This document shows positions 17,051 through 25,586 of a stretch of 32,000 nucleotides of DNA, one piece after another. The stretch lies in the NCBI RefSeq assembly GCF_001457595.1, contig NZ_LN831039.1, positions 5,580,001-5,612,000 of the forward strand, in the 5' to 3' direction. Within the stretch, counting starts at the first letter, position 1; every line of letters starts with the position of its first letter. The notes under the pieces are model-generated. The model saw nothing but the letters and a program-made list of their open reading frames with translations. It had not been told where the DNA came from and made no database searches. The stretch comes from Mycolicibacterium smegmatis (lineage in GTDB: Bacteria > Actinomycetota > Actinomycetes > Mycobacteriales > Mycobacteriaceae). Made by a program: the position numbers and the translations under genes.

Positions 17051-17713
17051 TCACTGCCAACCAGGTTGGTGCCCTCGCCGACGATACCGCAGCAGGCCGA
17101 CGATGATCAGCGTGATCAGCCCGAGGCCGGCCGCGAGGATACCGGCGATGATCGCGACGAAGGCACCACCGAATGTGCCCATGCTCACTTCCCCGCCGAC
17201 ACCGAACCTGTCGGATTCCATGCCGGTACAAGTGACTTCGTGTGAACCAGGGCGGTCGGTGGTGAAGGTGAACACAGCCTGCCACTGATTGACGGTGACG
17301 TCCGGACCGACGGGCGTGATCTCGGGGGTGGCTTCGGTGTCGACGCTTGTGACGACGCAGTCGATGTCGTGTGGCTCCAGGCCGTCCTCCCCGGCGAAGA
17401 TGTAGATCATCCGGTGTTCGCCAGGTTGAAGATCGACGGTGGTGGCGCCGTTGTTCTCAAAGGTGTCGTTCGCGCCGGGCGATGCTTGCAACACCTTGGC
17501 CATCGAATAGCCGCCGAAACTGATGGCGACGAGCCCTGCCACGATCAGCGCGGCTCCGATCACGAACCAGGCCTTACGAGGTGGTTGTTTTCCCGTCGCC
17601 GGCGGGCCGGCACCATACTGCGGCTGCCCCCACTGCTGTGGCGCCGGAGGCGGGTATTGGGTCTGGTCCCACGGCTGCCGTTGGTCCCACGTCGGTGGCG
17701 GCTCGGTCGACAT
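17051..17713 (-). CDS. Proline/glutamine-rich N-terminus membrane protein of unknown function
   Basis: MSTEPPPTWDQRQPWDQTQYPPPAPQQWGQPQYG..., TM AWFVIGAALIVAGLVAISFGGY, extracellular domain with two Cys, second TM FVAIIAGILAAGLGLITLIIVGLLRYRRR. Confidence 0.72.
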   Translation of the reverse strand: MSTEPPPTWDQRQPWDQTQYPPPAPQQWGQPQYGAGPPATGKQPPRKAWFVIGAALIVAGLVAISFGGYSMAKVLQASPGANDTFENNGATTVDLQPGEHRMIYIFAGEDGLEPHDIDCVVTSVDTEATPEITPVGPDVTVNQWQAVFTFTTDRPGSHEVTCTGMESDRFGVGGEVSMGTFGGAFVAIIAGILAAGLGLITLIIVGLLRYRRRGHQPGWQ

Positions 17714-17845
17714 CCTCGGCTCCTCTCATCGGCCGATCTGGACCTGACCATGGATGATCCCTGCGGTCACCTAGGAACATAACTCTGCCAATGCCGTCGC
17801 TGAGCCACTTTTCAGCAACGGGATTGGGATGTCTTTGACAACGCG

Positions 17846-17886
17846 AAAACACAACGGCCCCCTCCTTTTTGGAGGGGGCCGTTGTG
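17846..17886 (-). terminator. Rho-independent terminator for the 17902-19182 (-) gene
   Basis: Perfect 16-bp stem CACAACGGCCCCCTCC (17850-17865) - TTTTT - GGAGGGGGCCGTTGTG (17871-17886); on the minus strand it is followed by TTTTCG. It lies 15 bp past the stop codon. Confidence 0.9.
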
Positions 17887-17901
17887 ATGCGGAGGTATTA
17901 C

Positions 17902-19182
17902 TTACTCGTCTCCGCCACCTTCGCCGCCTTCGCCGGCGTTGTCGGTGGTGGAGCTGGTAGCGGGCTTTGACGTCTTACCCTTGTTGAAGATCTTGCCAAG
18001 GGTGTTGATGCCCTTCTTGACGTCCTGCTCCAGCTTCTCCCAACCGTTGGCGGATGACGACTTGCGGCCGCCGGGCGACAGGATCACGCCCGGCGTGAAC
18101 TTGTTGCCGTCCTTGGTGACCGCTTCTGGCTTGGTGTTCGACTTGGCCGCGCTGCCGCCGGTCTCGTCCTCGCCACCCTCAGGATCAGTCACGCCACCCG
18201 TGGTGTCACCGGTATGTCCAACCGACTCGGTAATGTCGCCCGAGCTATCCAGGCCGACCTCGCCACCCTTGACGACCTCGACCTTTTCCAGCGTCGTGCT
18301 GTTCTCCAACTTTCCGGAATCCGGCTTTGCACTGTCGATGTCGATGAGGGTGCCGGTACCGGTACTCGTAGAGGACGGGTCGGTATCGAGAGTCTGGGAC
18401 AGCGCTGAGGCGCTCTTGCCGAAAACCGTCAGGCCACCGAGGAGTCCCCCAACGAGCCCGCCGGTGTCACCCGTAGTGTCCTGCTTCGTGCTGGATTTCA
18501 GGAAGCTCTGGTTCTCCTGTTCCTGGTCCCCTTCGTCTTCCTGGTCCTCGTCGTCTTCCACGACACCGCCCGGCGTCGGAGTCACGGTTCCCTGGATGAT
18601 CGCATCGACGACATAGTTGATGGCACCGACGAAGCCTGCGTTGCCGCCGTACTCCGCCAAGAAGGCAGTGGTGATGCCCGCGACGAACGTATCGGGGAAC
18701 GCCGTGTTCACGCCCCCGACGACGAGCGCCTGAATTGTCCCTACCGGGTCGAAGATCAGAGCCAGAACTTCCTCTGGGACACCGGCATCGCCGAGGATGT
18801 ACTGGGCGGTGCCGATGAACCCCGTCTCGAAGAAGTAGTTGTCGACCAGGACGTTGGGTCCGAGGGCCTCATCGATCAGCAGGTACGGGACGCCGACGAA
18901 TCCCGCCGGGCATACCGCGTCGTCATCTTCCGCGCAGTTGTTCGGGTTTTCCGGATCTCCGGTGACCTTGCCGCCAAAGCCCTGGAAGAAAGCATCGGAG
19001 ATCTGCTGCAGCGAGGCCAGCAGCTTGAGCTGCTCAACCGTCATCGTCTGAGTTCCGGGCGCCGGCGCGACCGACGCGATCTTCACCTCTTCGTTCGGGA
19101 CGAACAAAGCCGGTGTGGCGGCAACTAGCGCACCCGCGCTGATCAGTGCTGCGCCAGTAGTGACGAGCGGACGAACTGCCAT
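17902..19182 (-). CDS. Secreted/surface protein with low-complexity Gly/Ser/Thr/acidic C-terminal half, unknown function
   Basis: Signal peptide MAVRPLVTTGAALISAGALVAATPALF; globular N-terminal part (CPAGFVGVPYLLIDEALGP...FIGTAQYILGDAGVPEEVLALIFDP), then DDEDQEDEGDQEQEN and an S/T/G/K tail. Terminator immediately downstream. Confidence 0.75.
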   Translation of the reverse strand: MAVRPLVTTGAALISAGALVAATPALFVPNEEVKIASVAPAPGTQTMTVEQLKLLASLQQISDAFFQGFGGKVTGDPENPNNCAEDDDAVCPAGFVGVPYLLIDEALGPNVLVDNYFFETGFIGTAQYILGDAGVPEEVLALIFDPVGTIQALVVGGVNTAFPDTFVAGITTAFLAEYGGNAGFVGAINYVVDAIIQGTVTPTPGGVVEDDEDQEDEGDQEQENQSFLKSSTKQDTTGDTGGLVGGLLGGLTVFGKSASALSQTLDTDPSSTSTGTGTLIDIDSAKPDSGKLENSTTLEKVEVVKGGEVGLDSSGDITESVGHTGDTTGGVTDPEGGEDETGGSAAKSNTKPEAVTKDGNKFTPGVILSPGGRKSSSANGWEKLEQDVKKGINTLGKIFNKGKTSKPATSSTTDNAGEGGEGGGDE

Positions 19183-20011
19183 CTGTTCTATGCCCCCTAG
19201 CTAAGGTCGGGTGACCAGTTTCTGAGAGATATTCAGCGGTACTTGCGTACTACTGAGAAGTTCCTGAGAACTTTAAGCTGCGGTTTGCCCCATCGCAAGC
19301 GAAACTCCTGACGAGAATTAGCCGAAGGCGCATCCGTCAGCGCTTCCATCACAGGAGCTTCTGCCATGCATCCAGTGATAACCGCCCACTAACGAAAGGT
19401 GAGTGGGCAGCCACTTTGTTACGACGTCGCCCGGGCGCGACAAGCCAGGCTGTCGAAACCCGCACGTGAGATCAGGTGTCAGCTGTTTGCCTACAGACAG
19501 TTGGAGGGCCATCGATCACCATTGACCTGGAAACTCATCTGCTCACCGCACCTCAGAGCAGTTGCCATCGACCCGAACACGTACCCGCGTGCCATTGCCC
19601 CGTCGCCGCGACACCTGGGACAAACCACCCAGGCAGAAACACACCGCACAACCCGACAGGCCGCCCCGGAACCGGCGCGTCGCGCCGATCACGTTGCAAT
19701 CACCCTGCCGTTCACTGAATGGTCACCACATTGAGTCGGCCGACGATTCAGTGCAATTGCTGATCCCGCGACACCCGAGCGGTGCAAACGGCATATACGC
19801 GGCTCACCCTGAGAGCAGGCTGAGAGATTCTCAGTTTTCGCCGGACTCTACGTCCGGACCGATTCAGCGGACGTGGCGGGCCGCTTCGGCGTCATCCGGC
19901 CTGGCAGCTCGCGGGGCCCAGCAACCACGTTCCTCACCAGGTTCTGTCCAGGACAGTCCTGAGCTCAAGAACCGCGGAGGCGATTCGACCTGACCGATAC
20001 CCGCGCCGGTG

Positions 20012-21595
20012 CTATGCCGGAGCCAAGTCTGTGCTGTACAACGACTTTCCGGTGGCGTCGCGCAGGTTGACCGTCAGCACCCGGGTGTCAGAGTCGATGT
20101 GCACCTCACCGAAGTGCTGGAATCCCTCGGCCGGCGAGGTGTTCTCCACCTCGGGCGCGTGGACGAACTCGTAGCGAGGCCCGAACGTGCCGTCGAGTGG
20201 GCTTTGCGGGAACGCTCCGGCGTTCAGCGGCCCGGAGACGAATTCCCAGAACGGCGTGAAGTCGCCGAACGCAGCCCGATCCGGGTGATACGAGATCGCC
20301 GCGGTGTAGTGGACGTCGGCGGTGAGGTAGACGATGTTCCGCACATCCTTGGTCGCGGACAGGATCCGGGAGAACGCGATCTCCCGTCCCAGCGGACGCC
20401 CGTTGTCACCCTGCGCGACGGCCTCCATCGACGCGGGCCCCTGCTCGGGGTTGGTCGCTTTGTCCGGGACCACGATGCTGATCGGCAGATCGTTGGCGAC
20501 GATCTTCCACGCGGCCGTCGAGTTCTTCAGACCGTTGATGAGCCACTGCGTCTGCTCGCGCCCCAGGATCCCGTCGTCATCCGACGTGGCCCACGCCTGC
20601 GGGTTCGGGTTCTTGTAGGTGCGCATGTCGAGCACGAACACGTCGAGCAGCGGCCCGTAGGACACCTTGCGGTACAGGCGGCCGTCGACCGCTTCGGACG
20701 GGTCCACAGGCTGCCATTCGCGCCACGCCTGGTACGCGTAGCCGGCGAGTTTGTCGACGTCGGTTTCCGTGTAACCCGCACGCCCCTGGCCCACCAGCGA
20801 CTCGTGCGGGAACCAGTTGTTGATCACCTCGTGGTCGTCCCACTGGATCAACTGCGGCACAGTGGCATTGAAGCGCCGGTAGTGCTGGTCGGTGAGGTTG
20901 TAGGCGTAGTTCCCGCGATAGTCGGCAAGTGTCTGCGCCACATGATCCTTGGCCGGGTCGGTGAGGTTGACGTACATACCGCCGTCGTTTCGTTTCTGCG
21001 TCTCCGGCACGGGACCGTCGGCATAGATCGCGTCACCGGAGTGAATGAAGAAGTCCGGGTTGCGGTCGGCCATCGCACCGAAGATTGACATCCCGCCCTG
21101 CTTGTTGATGCCCCAGCCTTGTCCGACGACGTCACCGCCCCACACAAATGTGATGTCCTGTGCTTGTGTGGGAACGGTTTTGAACACGCCGGTCACCGGT
21201 TCCGAGGTGGCGCCGTCCTCGCCTTCCAGGGTGACGCGGTAGTGCACGGTCTGCCCCGGCTCCAGGCCTGTGATGCGCACGCGCCCGGTGCCGTCGGACT
21301 CCGGGGTCAGTTGCGGGCCCTCGATGCGATTCGGATTCGAGAATGATTCGGTGGCAGCGGTTTCGACGATCATTCGTGCAGGCTCATCCGCACGTGCCCA
21401 CACCAGCGCACCGTCGGGGCGGGGATCTCCGGTGGCGACGCCGTGGGTCAGCCGCGGCCGGTTGGCGATCAGACCGGTGCTCGACGGCGCGCTGCTCGGC
21501 GTGCCGCACGCCGCGGCGGGCACCAGCAGCGCCCCGGCCAGGGACGCGCGCAGCAGGGTACGACGAGAGATGATCAGACGGTCGGTGTCAGGCAT
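20012..21595 (-). CDS. Alkaline phosphatase D (PhoD) family protein, Tat/lipoprotein-type export signal
   Basis: ISRRTLLRASLAGALLVPAAACG (twin Arg and a Cys lipobox-like site); RPRLTHGVATGDPRPDGALVWARAD; DFFIHSGDAIYADGP; IQWDDHEVINNW; VYLTADVHYTAA. Start placed at 21595 rather than 21757. Confidence 0.88.
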   Translation of the reverse strand: MPDTDRLIISRRTLLRASLAGALLVPAAACGTPSSAPSSTGLIANRPRLTHGVATGDPRPDGALVWARADEPARMIVETAATESFSNPNRIEGPQLTPESDGTGRVRITGLEPGQTVHYRVTLEGEDGATSEPVTGVFKTVPTQAQDITFVWGGDVVGQGWGINKQGGMSIFGAMADRNPDFFIHSGDAIYADGPVPETQKRNDGGMYVNLTDPAKDHVAQTLADYRGNYAYNLTDQHYRRFNATVPQLIQWDDHEVINNWFPHESLVGQGRAGYTETDVDKLAGYAYQAWREWQPVDPSEAVDGRLYRKVSYGPLLDVFVLDMRTYKNPNPQAWATSDDDGILGREQTQWLINGLKNSTAAWKIVANDLPISIVVPDKATNPEQGPASMEAVAQGDNGRPLGREIAFSRILSATKDVRNIVYLTADVHYTAAISYHPDRAAFGDFTPFWEFVSGPLNAGAFPQSPLDGTFGPRYEFVHAPEVENTSPAEGFQHFGEVHIDSDTRVLTVNLRDATGKSLYSTDLAPA

Positions 21596-21680
21596 GCGCG
21601 TCAGCCTGCGGCGTCCGTGCGTCCCAATGCCCAACGTGCGGTGAGGGACAGGCATCGATTGGGTTAACTCGCGTTCGTTT

Positions 21681-21745
21681 GTGCCGAGGTCGACGAGAAT
21701 GTCGCTCGCCGCGACGTCCAGCGGCATTTGCGTCAGTTTCGGCAC
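21681..21745. repeat. Palindromic element copy A (core arms 21685-21706 / 21720-21741)
   Basis: CGAGGTCGACGAGAATGTCGCT - CGCCGCGACGTCC - AGCGGCATTTGCGTCAGTTTCG. Inner 15-nt arms match 12/15, the 3 mismatches including G-U-tolerated positions; outer GTGCC/GGCAC extends the arms. Confidence 0.75.
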
Positions 21746-21767
21746 GAATCTGCGCAAGGATCAACAG

Positions 21768-22565
21768 ATGACCTGCGAGCATGCTCCATTGACCACCCGA
21801 AGACTGCCATTCGGCGTCGCGGTTCTCGGCGGTCCGACCACGGTCGTCGACATCGGCGGGCATCGGCTGATCTGCGATCCCACGTTCGACCCACCGACCG
21901 ACTACGGCTATCTGCAGAAGCTCGCCGGGCCTGCCGCCGATGAGTCCGCCGTCGGTGACGTCGACGTCGCACTGGTGAGCCATGACCTGCATCCGGACAA
22001 TCTCGACGTCGCGGGCCGCGCATTCGCGCTGAGCGCACCGGTCCTGCTGACCACGGCCACCGCCGCCACACGTCTCGGCGCACCGTCAGTGCCGTTGGCG
22101 CCGTGGACAACTTGGGAGTCGCCCGACGGACTCGCGATCACCGCAGTGCCTGCGCGGCACGGCCCCGCCGACGGAGAACTCAACGAGGAGGGCTTCGTCA
22201 ACTGCGAGGTCATCGGATTCGTCGTCACCGCCCCGGACAGCCCGACGGTCTATCTCAGCGGCGACAACGCTTCTGTCGAGATCGTCCGCGAGATCCGCGA
22301 GCGCATCGGCGGGATCGACTGCGCGGTGTTGTTCGCCGGATCCGCTTCGGTACCCGCCAAGTTCGACGGGCGTCCGCTGAGCCTCACCGCCGAACGCGCC
22401 GCCGCGGCCGCAGAGGTCCTGGGCTCACCGCACGTGGTCGTGGCGCACCAAGACGGCTGGGCCCATTTCCGGCAGGGCGCTGCCGACACTGCCGCGGCGT
22501 TCCACGCTGCCGGCATCGGTGACAGGCTGTGCAGCGCCCCGCTGGGCCACATGTGTGCGATCTAG
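21768..22565 (+). CDS. MBL-fold metallo-hydrolase (UlaG/beta-lactamase superfamily-like)
   Basis: Translation from ATG 21768: GGHRLICDPTFDPP, DVALVSHDLHPDNLD, TAVPARHGPADGELNEEGFVNCEVIGFVV, YLSGDNASVEIVREI, VVVAHQDGWAHF. Confidence 0.82.
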   Translation: MTCEHAPLTTRRLPFGVAVLGGPTTVVDIGGHRLICDPTFDPPTDYGYLQKLAGPAADESAVGDVDVALVSHDLHPDNLDVAGRAFALSAPVLLTTATAATRLGAPSVPLAPWTTWESPDGLAITAVPARHGPADGELNEEGFVNCEVIGFVVTAPDSPTVYLSGDNASVEIVREIRERIGGIDCAVLFAGSASVPAKFDGRPLSLTAERAAAAAEVLGSPHVVVAHQDGWAHFRQGAADTAAAFHAAGIGDRLCSAPLGHMCAI

Positions 22566-22568
22566 CCT

Positions 22569-22624
22569 CGAAATCGACGTAAACGTCGCTCGCCCGTGGC
22601 GTAGCGACAGTTACGTCACTTTCG
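22569..22624. repeat. Palindromic element copy C (arms 22569-22590 / 22603-22624)
   Basis: CGAAATCGACGTAAACGTCGCT - CGCCCGTGGCGT - AGCGACAGTTACGTCACTTTCG; arms match 18/22. Begins 3 bp after the MBL-gene stop and overlaps the stop of the DUF559-type gene. Confidence 0.85.
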
Positions 22625-23463
22625 TGGACGCCACCCCCGGGCCAACAGCGCGGTGCGGGCCTCAGCGACGACTTCGGTGGGCCAATCCTCCTTGATGACG
22701 TGGATGACGTGCCAGCCGAGCCGCTGCAAAACCCGACTCACCTGCACGTCGAGCACATACTGCCCGCGGCTGGTGAGGTGCTGCTCGCCGTCGTACTCGG
22801 CGCCGACGCGGAACTCTTCCCACACCATGTCGAGCCTGCGGACATAGCGTCCGCTCTCATCGAGCACCACGTATTGCGTTGTGGGGTAGGGCAACCCGGC
22901 ATCGACGAAGAGCAGCCGCAGCCACGTCTCCCGGGGTGACTCGGCACCGCCGTCCACAAGCGGAAGCGCTGTCCGCAGTCGTTGTAATCCGCGTGCGCCG
23001 CGGTAACGCTTGGCCAGCAGTGCAACATCCTCGGTGGAGAACGGCCTGGCGTTCATCAACGCGTCCAAACGCGGAACTGCCTGGTCTCGGGGAAGGTGGC
23101 GGGCGAGGTCGAAGGCCGCCCGAGCCGGTGTCGCGACGCGAATGCCGGCAATCTGAGTGATTTCGTCGTCGTGCAGCCTCTCCCTGCGGACGGTCAGCCC
23201 GGCCTGTCGTCGGACCGGCGCCACGATCTCGACGGTGACATCCGGCCCACCCACTTCGCCCCGTGCATCGCCGAGGCCGCGATACCGGTGATCACCGCAC
23301 TGGGACACGCGAGCGACGCCCCGATGATGCGGTCGCGCAGCGAGACCGCGTGCCCATTTGGGACGTAGACCCCGCGGTAGAGCACGTGATAGCGATGCCG
23401 CAGCTGCGACGGCGTGAGCCACCCGGCCACTATCGCGTCACTGCCGACGAACGGAATGTCCAC
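22616..23463 (-). pseudogene. AbiEi-like / DUF559 (Vsr-like endonuclease fold) protein, interrupted by an apparent frameshift
   Basis: N-terminal part in one frame (GTG at 23463: MDIPFVGSDAIVAGWLTPSQLRHRYHVLYRGVYVPNGHAVSLRDRIIGASLACPSAVITGIAASAMHGAKWV), remainder in another (GGPDVTVEIVAPVRR...LDMVWEEFRVGAEYDGEQHLTSRGQYVLDVQVSRVLQRLGWHVIHVIKEDW). Join near 23246-23252 in a G-rich run. Confidence 0.8.
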
Positions 23464-23506
23464 GTATATAGGACGCAGCGCAGCCCGGATCGGCTCCCTG
23501 CGACGT

Positions 23507-23563
23507 CGAGAGCGACGAAATTGTCGCTACGAGCACCCGCGAACGACATTTGCGTCACTCTCG
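23507..23563. repeat. Palindromic element copy B (arms 23507-23528 / 23542-23563)
   Basis: CGAGAGCGACGAAATTGTCGCT - ACGAGCACCCGCG - AACGACATTTGCGTCACTCTCG; arms match 18/22. Lies 43 bp upstream of the DUF559-type start codon. Confidence 0.85.
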
Positions 23564-23585
23564 GCGCCAAGCGAAGCACGCAGAC

Positions 23586-25586
23586 TCAGCGCCGACGCGA
23601 CCTCAGGTAGTCCCCCACCACGGCCGCGCCCAGACCGTCGAGGTCGGGCACCACCACACGGCCCTGCACGCGGCGGGCCACCTGGTCGATGAACCGCGCC
23701 AACCCCGGATCGCTGCCGAGCCGGAAGATCGTCACCTGTGCGCCGAGGCGGGCGACCTCGTCGAACCCGCGCACGGTGTGGGCGATGGTCCGCGGATGCG
23801 GCGGATAGTCGAAGAACACCTGTGCGCCTTCGTCTTCGGAGATCCGGAAGTTCTCCAGGTGTGCCGTCGGTTCGCCGTCGGTGACCACCAGCACCACGGG
23901 CTGCGCGTTCGGGTGGCGACGCAGATGCCGTGACGCCAGGGCCAGGGCGTGGTGCAAGTTGGTGCCCTGCTCGTAGACGCCTTCCAGCGCGGTCAGTTCG
24001 GCCGCGCTGACGGTGCGGGCGTAGCGGCCGAACGCGATGATCTGCAACGCATCCGATCGGAACCTGGTGGACACCAGATGGTTGAGCGCCAGCGCGGTGC
24101 GCTTCATCGGCAGCCAACGGTTCTCCATCACCATCGAGAACGACGTGTCGACCAGCAGCGCCACACACGCCTGCGTGCGGGTCTCGGTCTCGGAGATCTC
24201 GACGTCGTCGACCGCGAACCGGATGGGCCGTTCCACCAGGCCGGTACCGGCCTGCCGCAGAACGGCATTGGTCACGGTGCGGGTGACGTTCCACGGCTCG
24301 GTGTCGCCGAACTGCCACGGCCGGGTCGCACCCGTCAGCTCGCCGGCCGCCCCGGCGCGGCGCGTGTCGCGCTCACCGTGGCGCCCGGAAAGCTGTTGCG
24401 CCACATCACGCAACGCGGTCTGCCCGAGTTGTCGCATGGCCTTGGGCGACAGCCGCCACTGCCCGTCGGAACCACGGTCCAAGAAACCCTGGTTCACCAG
24501 GGCACGCTCCAGTTCGGCGAGCGTGCGGGCATCGACGGCGGCCTCGTCACCGAGTTGGCGCGCGAGGGCCTCCAGGTCGACGTCGTCCATGGTCGCGCCC
24601 GCGTAGCTCTGCGACAACGCGTCGGCCAGTTGCTCCAGCTCGGCGATGTCGGCGAGCGCCTGCGCGCCCTCCCCCATGCCCAGCGGATCGTCGCCGGAGA
24701 ACCGTTGCGCCCCGTTCCAGTCCTCACCGGGCCGCGCGGACTGAAGGTGCGCGTCGAGGCGGTTCAGCGCGTTCATGAGCGACGGCGATCCGAATGCCTG
24801 CTGCGCCAGCGCATCCAGCTCGGCACGCTGGTCCGGCGAGAGGCTGTTGCGGAACCGCTGAGCCGCCGCGGCACGCTTGGCCAGCGAATCGAGCAGCTCG
24901 TCGATGTTCTGCGGGTTCTCCGGAAAGAACTCGCCGTGCTTGTCCATGAAGTCCTGGAAATCCTGCTGCGTATCCTGCCCGGCGGCGTGCTTGTCCAGCA
25001 GATTGTTCAGGTCATCCAGCATGTCGTTGACGCGCTGGCGGTCCTCGTCGGTGGCGTTCTCCAGCGCCTGCTTCATGCCTGCGAAACGTTGGTCGAGCAT
25101 CTCGCGGCCCATCAGGTCCTTGATCTGCTCGTACTTCTCGCGTGCCTCCTGCGAACGCCAGTCGTACTCGGCGAGCTCCTGCACGGCCTTGGCCGGCGAC
25201 GGCGACAACGCATCGAGTTGCAGTTCCCCGAAACGCGCGTCGTCGTCGAGCGCACGCGCGAGTTCCTTGCGCTCGGCCAGCACGGCCTCGTCGAGCAGCT
25301 TCTTGATCTCCTGCAGCGTCCCGTCGAGGTTGTTGCGCTGCAACAGCTCCCGGCGGCGCCGGTTGGCCTCGGCCGCGAGCCGGTCGGCACCGCGCATGTT
25401 CTGCGTGCCGCGGCGCATCAACTCCGACAGCGCACGCCGCGGTGAGCTGCCCTCCATGACGTTCTGGCCGATCTGCTCGAGCGCCTCGCGCAGATCGATC
25501 GGGGGCGCCAGCGGATCGGGGCCACCGGTGTACCGCGAATACCGCGAGGTGTGCCCGTGCCCCCGACCCGAGGCGTTGTCAGCCAT
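23586..25586 (-). CDS. VWA-domain protein (Rv0959-like), partner of a MoxR-type ATPase
   Basis: C-terminal VWA domain: ACVALLVDTSFSMVMENRWLPMKRTALALNHLVSTRF, VVLVVTDGEPTAHL; coupled to the upstream AAA+ ATPase gene (8-bp overlap). Start at 25586 (MADNASGRG). Confidence 0.87.
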   Translation of the reverse strand: MADNASGRGHGHTSRYSRYTGGPDPLAPPIDLREALEQIGQNVMEGSSPRRALSELMRRGTQNMRGADRLAAEANRRRRELLQRNNLDGTLQEIKKLLDEAVLAERKELARALDDDARFGELQLDALSPSPAKAVQELAEYDWRSQEAREKYEQIKDLMGREMLDQRFAGMKQALENATDEDRQRVNDMLDDLNNLLDKHAAGQDTQQDFQDFMDKHGEFFPENPQNIDELLDSLAKRAAAAQRFRNSLSPDQRAELDALAQQAFGSPSLMNALNRLDAHLQSARPGEDWNGAQRFSGDDPLGMGEGAQALADIAELEQLADALSQSYAGATMDDVDLEALARQLGDEAAVDARTLAELERALVNQGFLDRGSDGQWRLSPKAMRQLGQTALRDVAQQLSGRHGERDTRRAGAAGELTGATRPWQFGDTEPWNVTRTVTNAVLRQAGTGLVERPIRFAVDDVEISETETRTQACVALLVDTSFSMVMENRWLPMKRTALALNHLVSTRFRSDALQIIAFGRYARTVSAAELTALEGVYEQGTNLHHALALASRHLRRHPNAQPVVLVVTDGEPTAHLENFRISEDEGAQVFFDYPPHPRTIAHTVRGFDEVARLGAQVTIFRLGSDPGLARFIDQVARRVQGRVVVPDLDGLGAAVVGDYLRSRRR

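Noticed and set aside
20009-21088. 359-aa plus-strand ORF inside phoD
   Set aside because: Antisense shadow ORF; the PhoD motifs on the minus strand are unambiguous.
23450-23470. TATATA next to the GTG at 23463 as a -10 box
   Set aside because: Only one base separates it from the start codon, so transcription would start inside the gene; no supporting -35 element.
21681-23563. Palindromic elements considered as ordinary Rho-independent terminators
   Set aside because: Arms are followed by A(G/C)T(T/C)TCG rather than a T-tract, copy A lies between divergent genes where no terminator is expected, and the sequence itself (not just the structure) is repeated.
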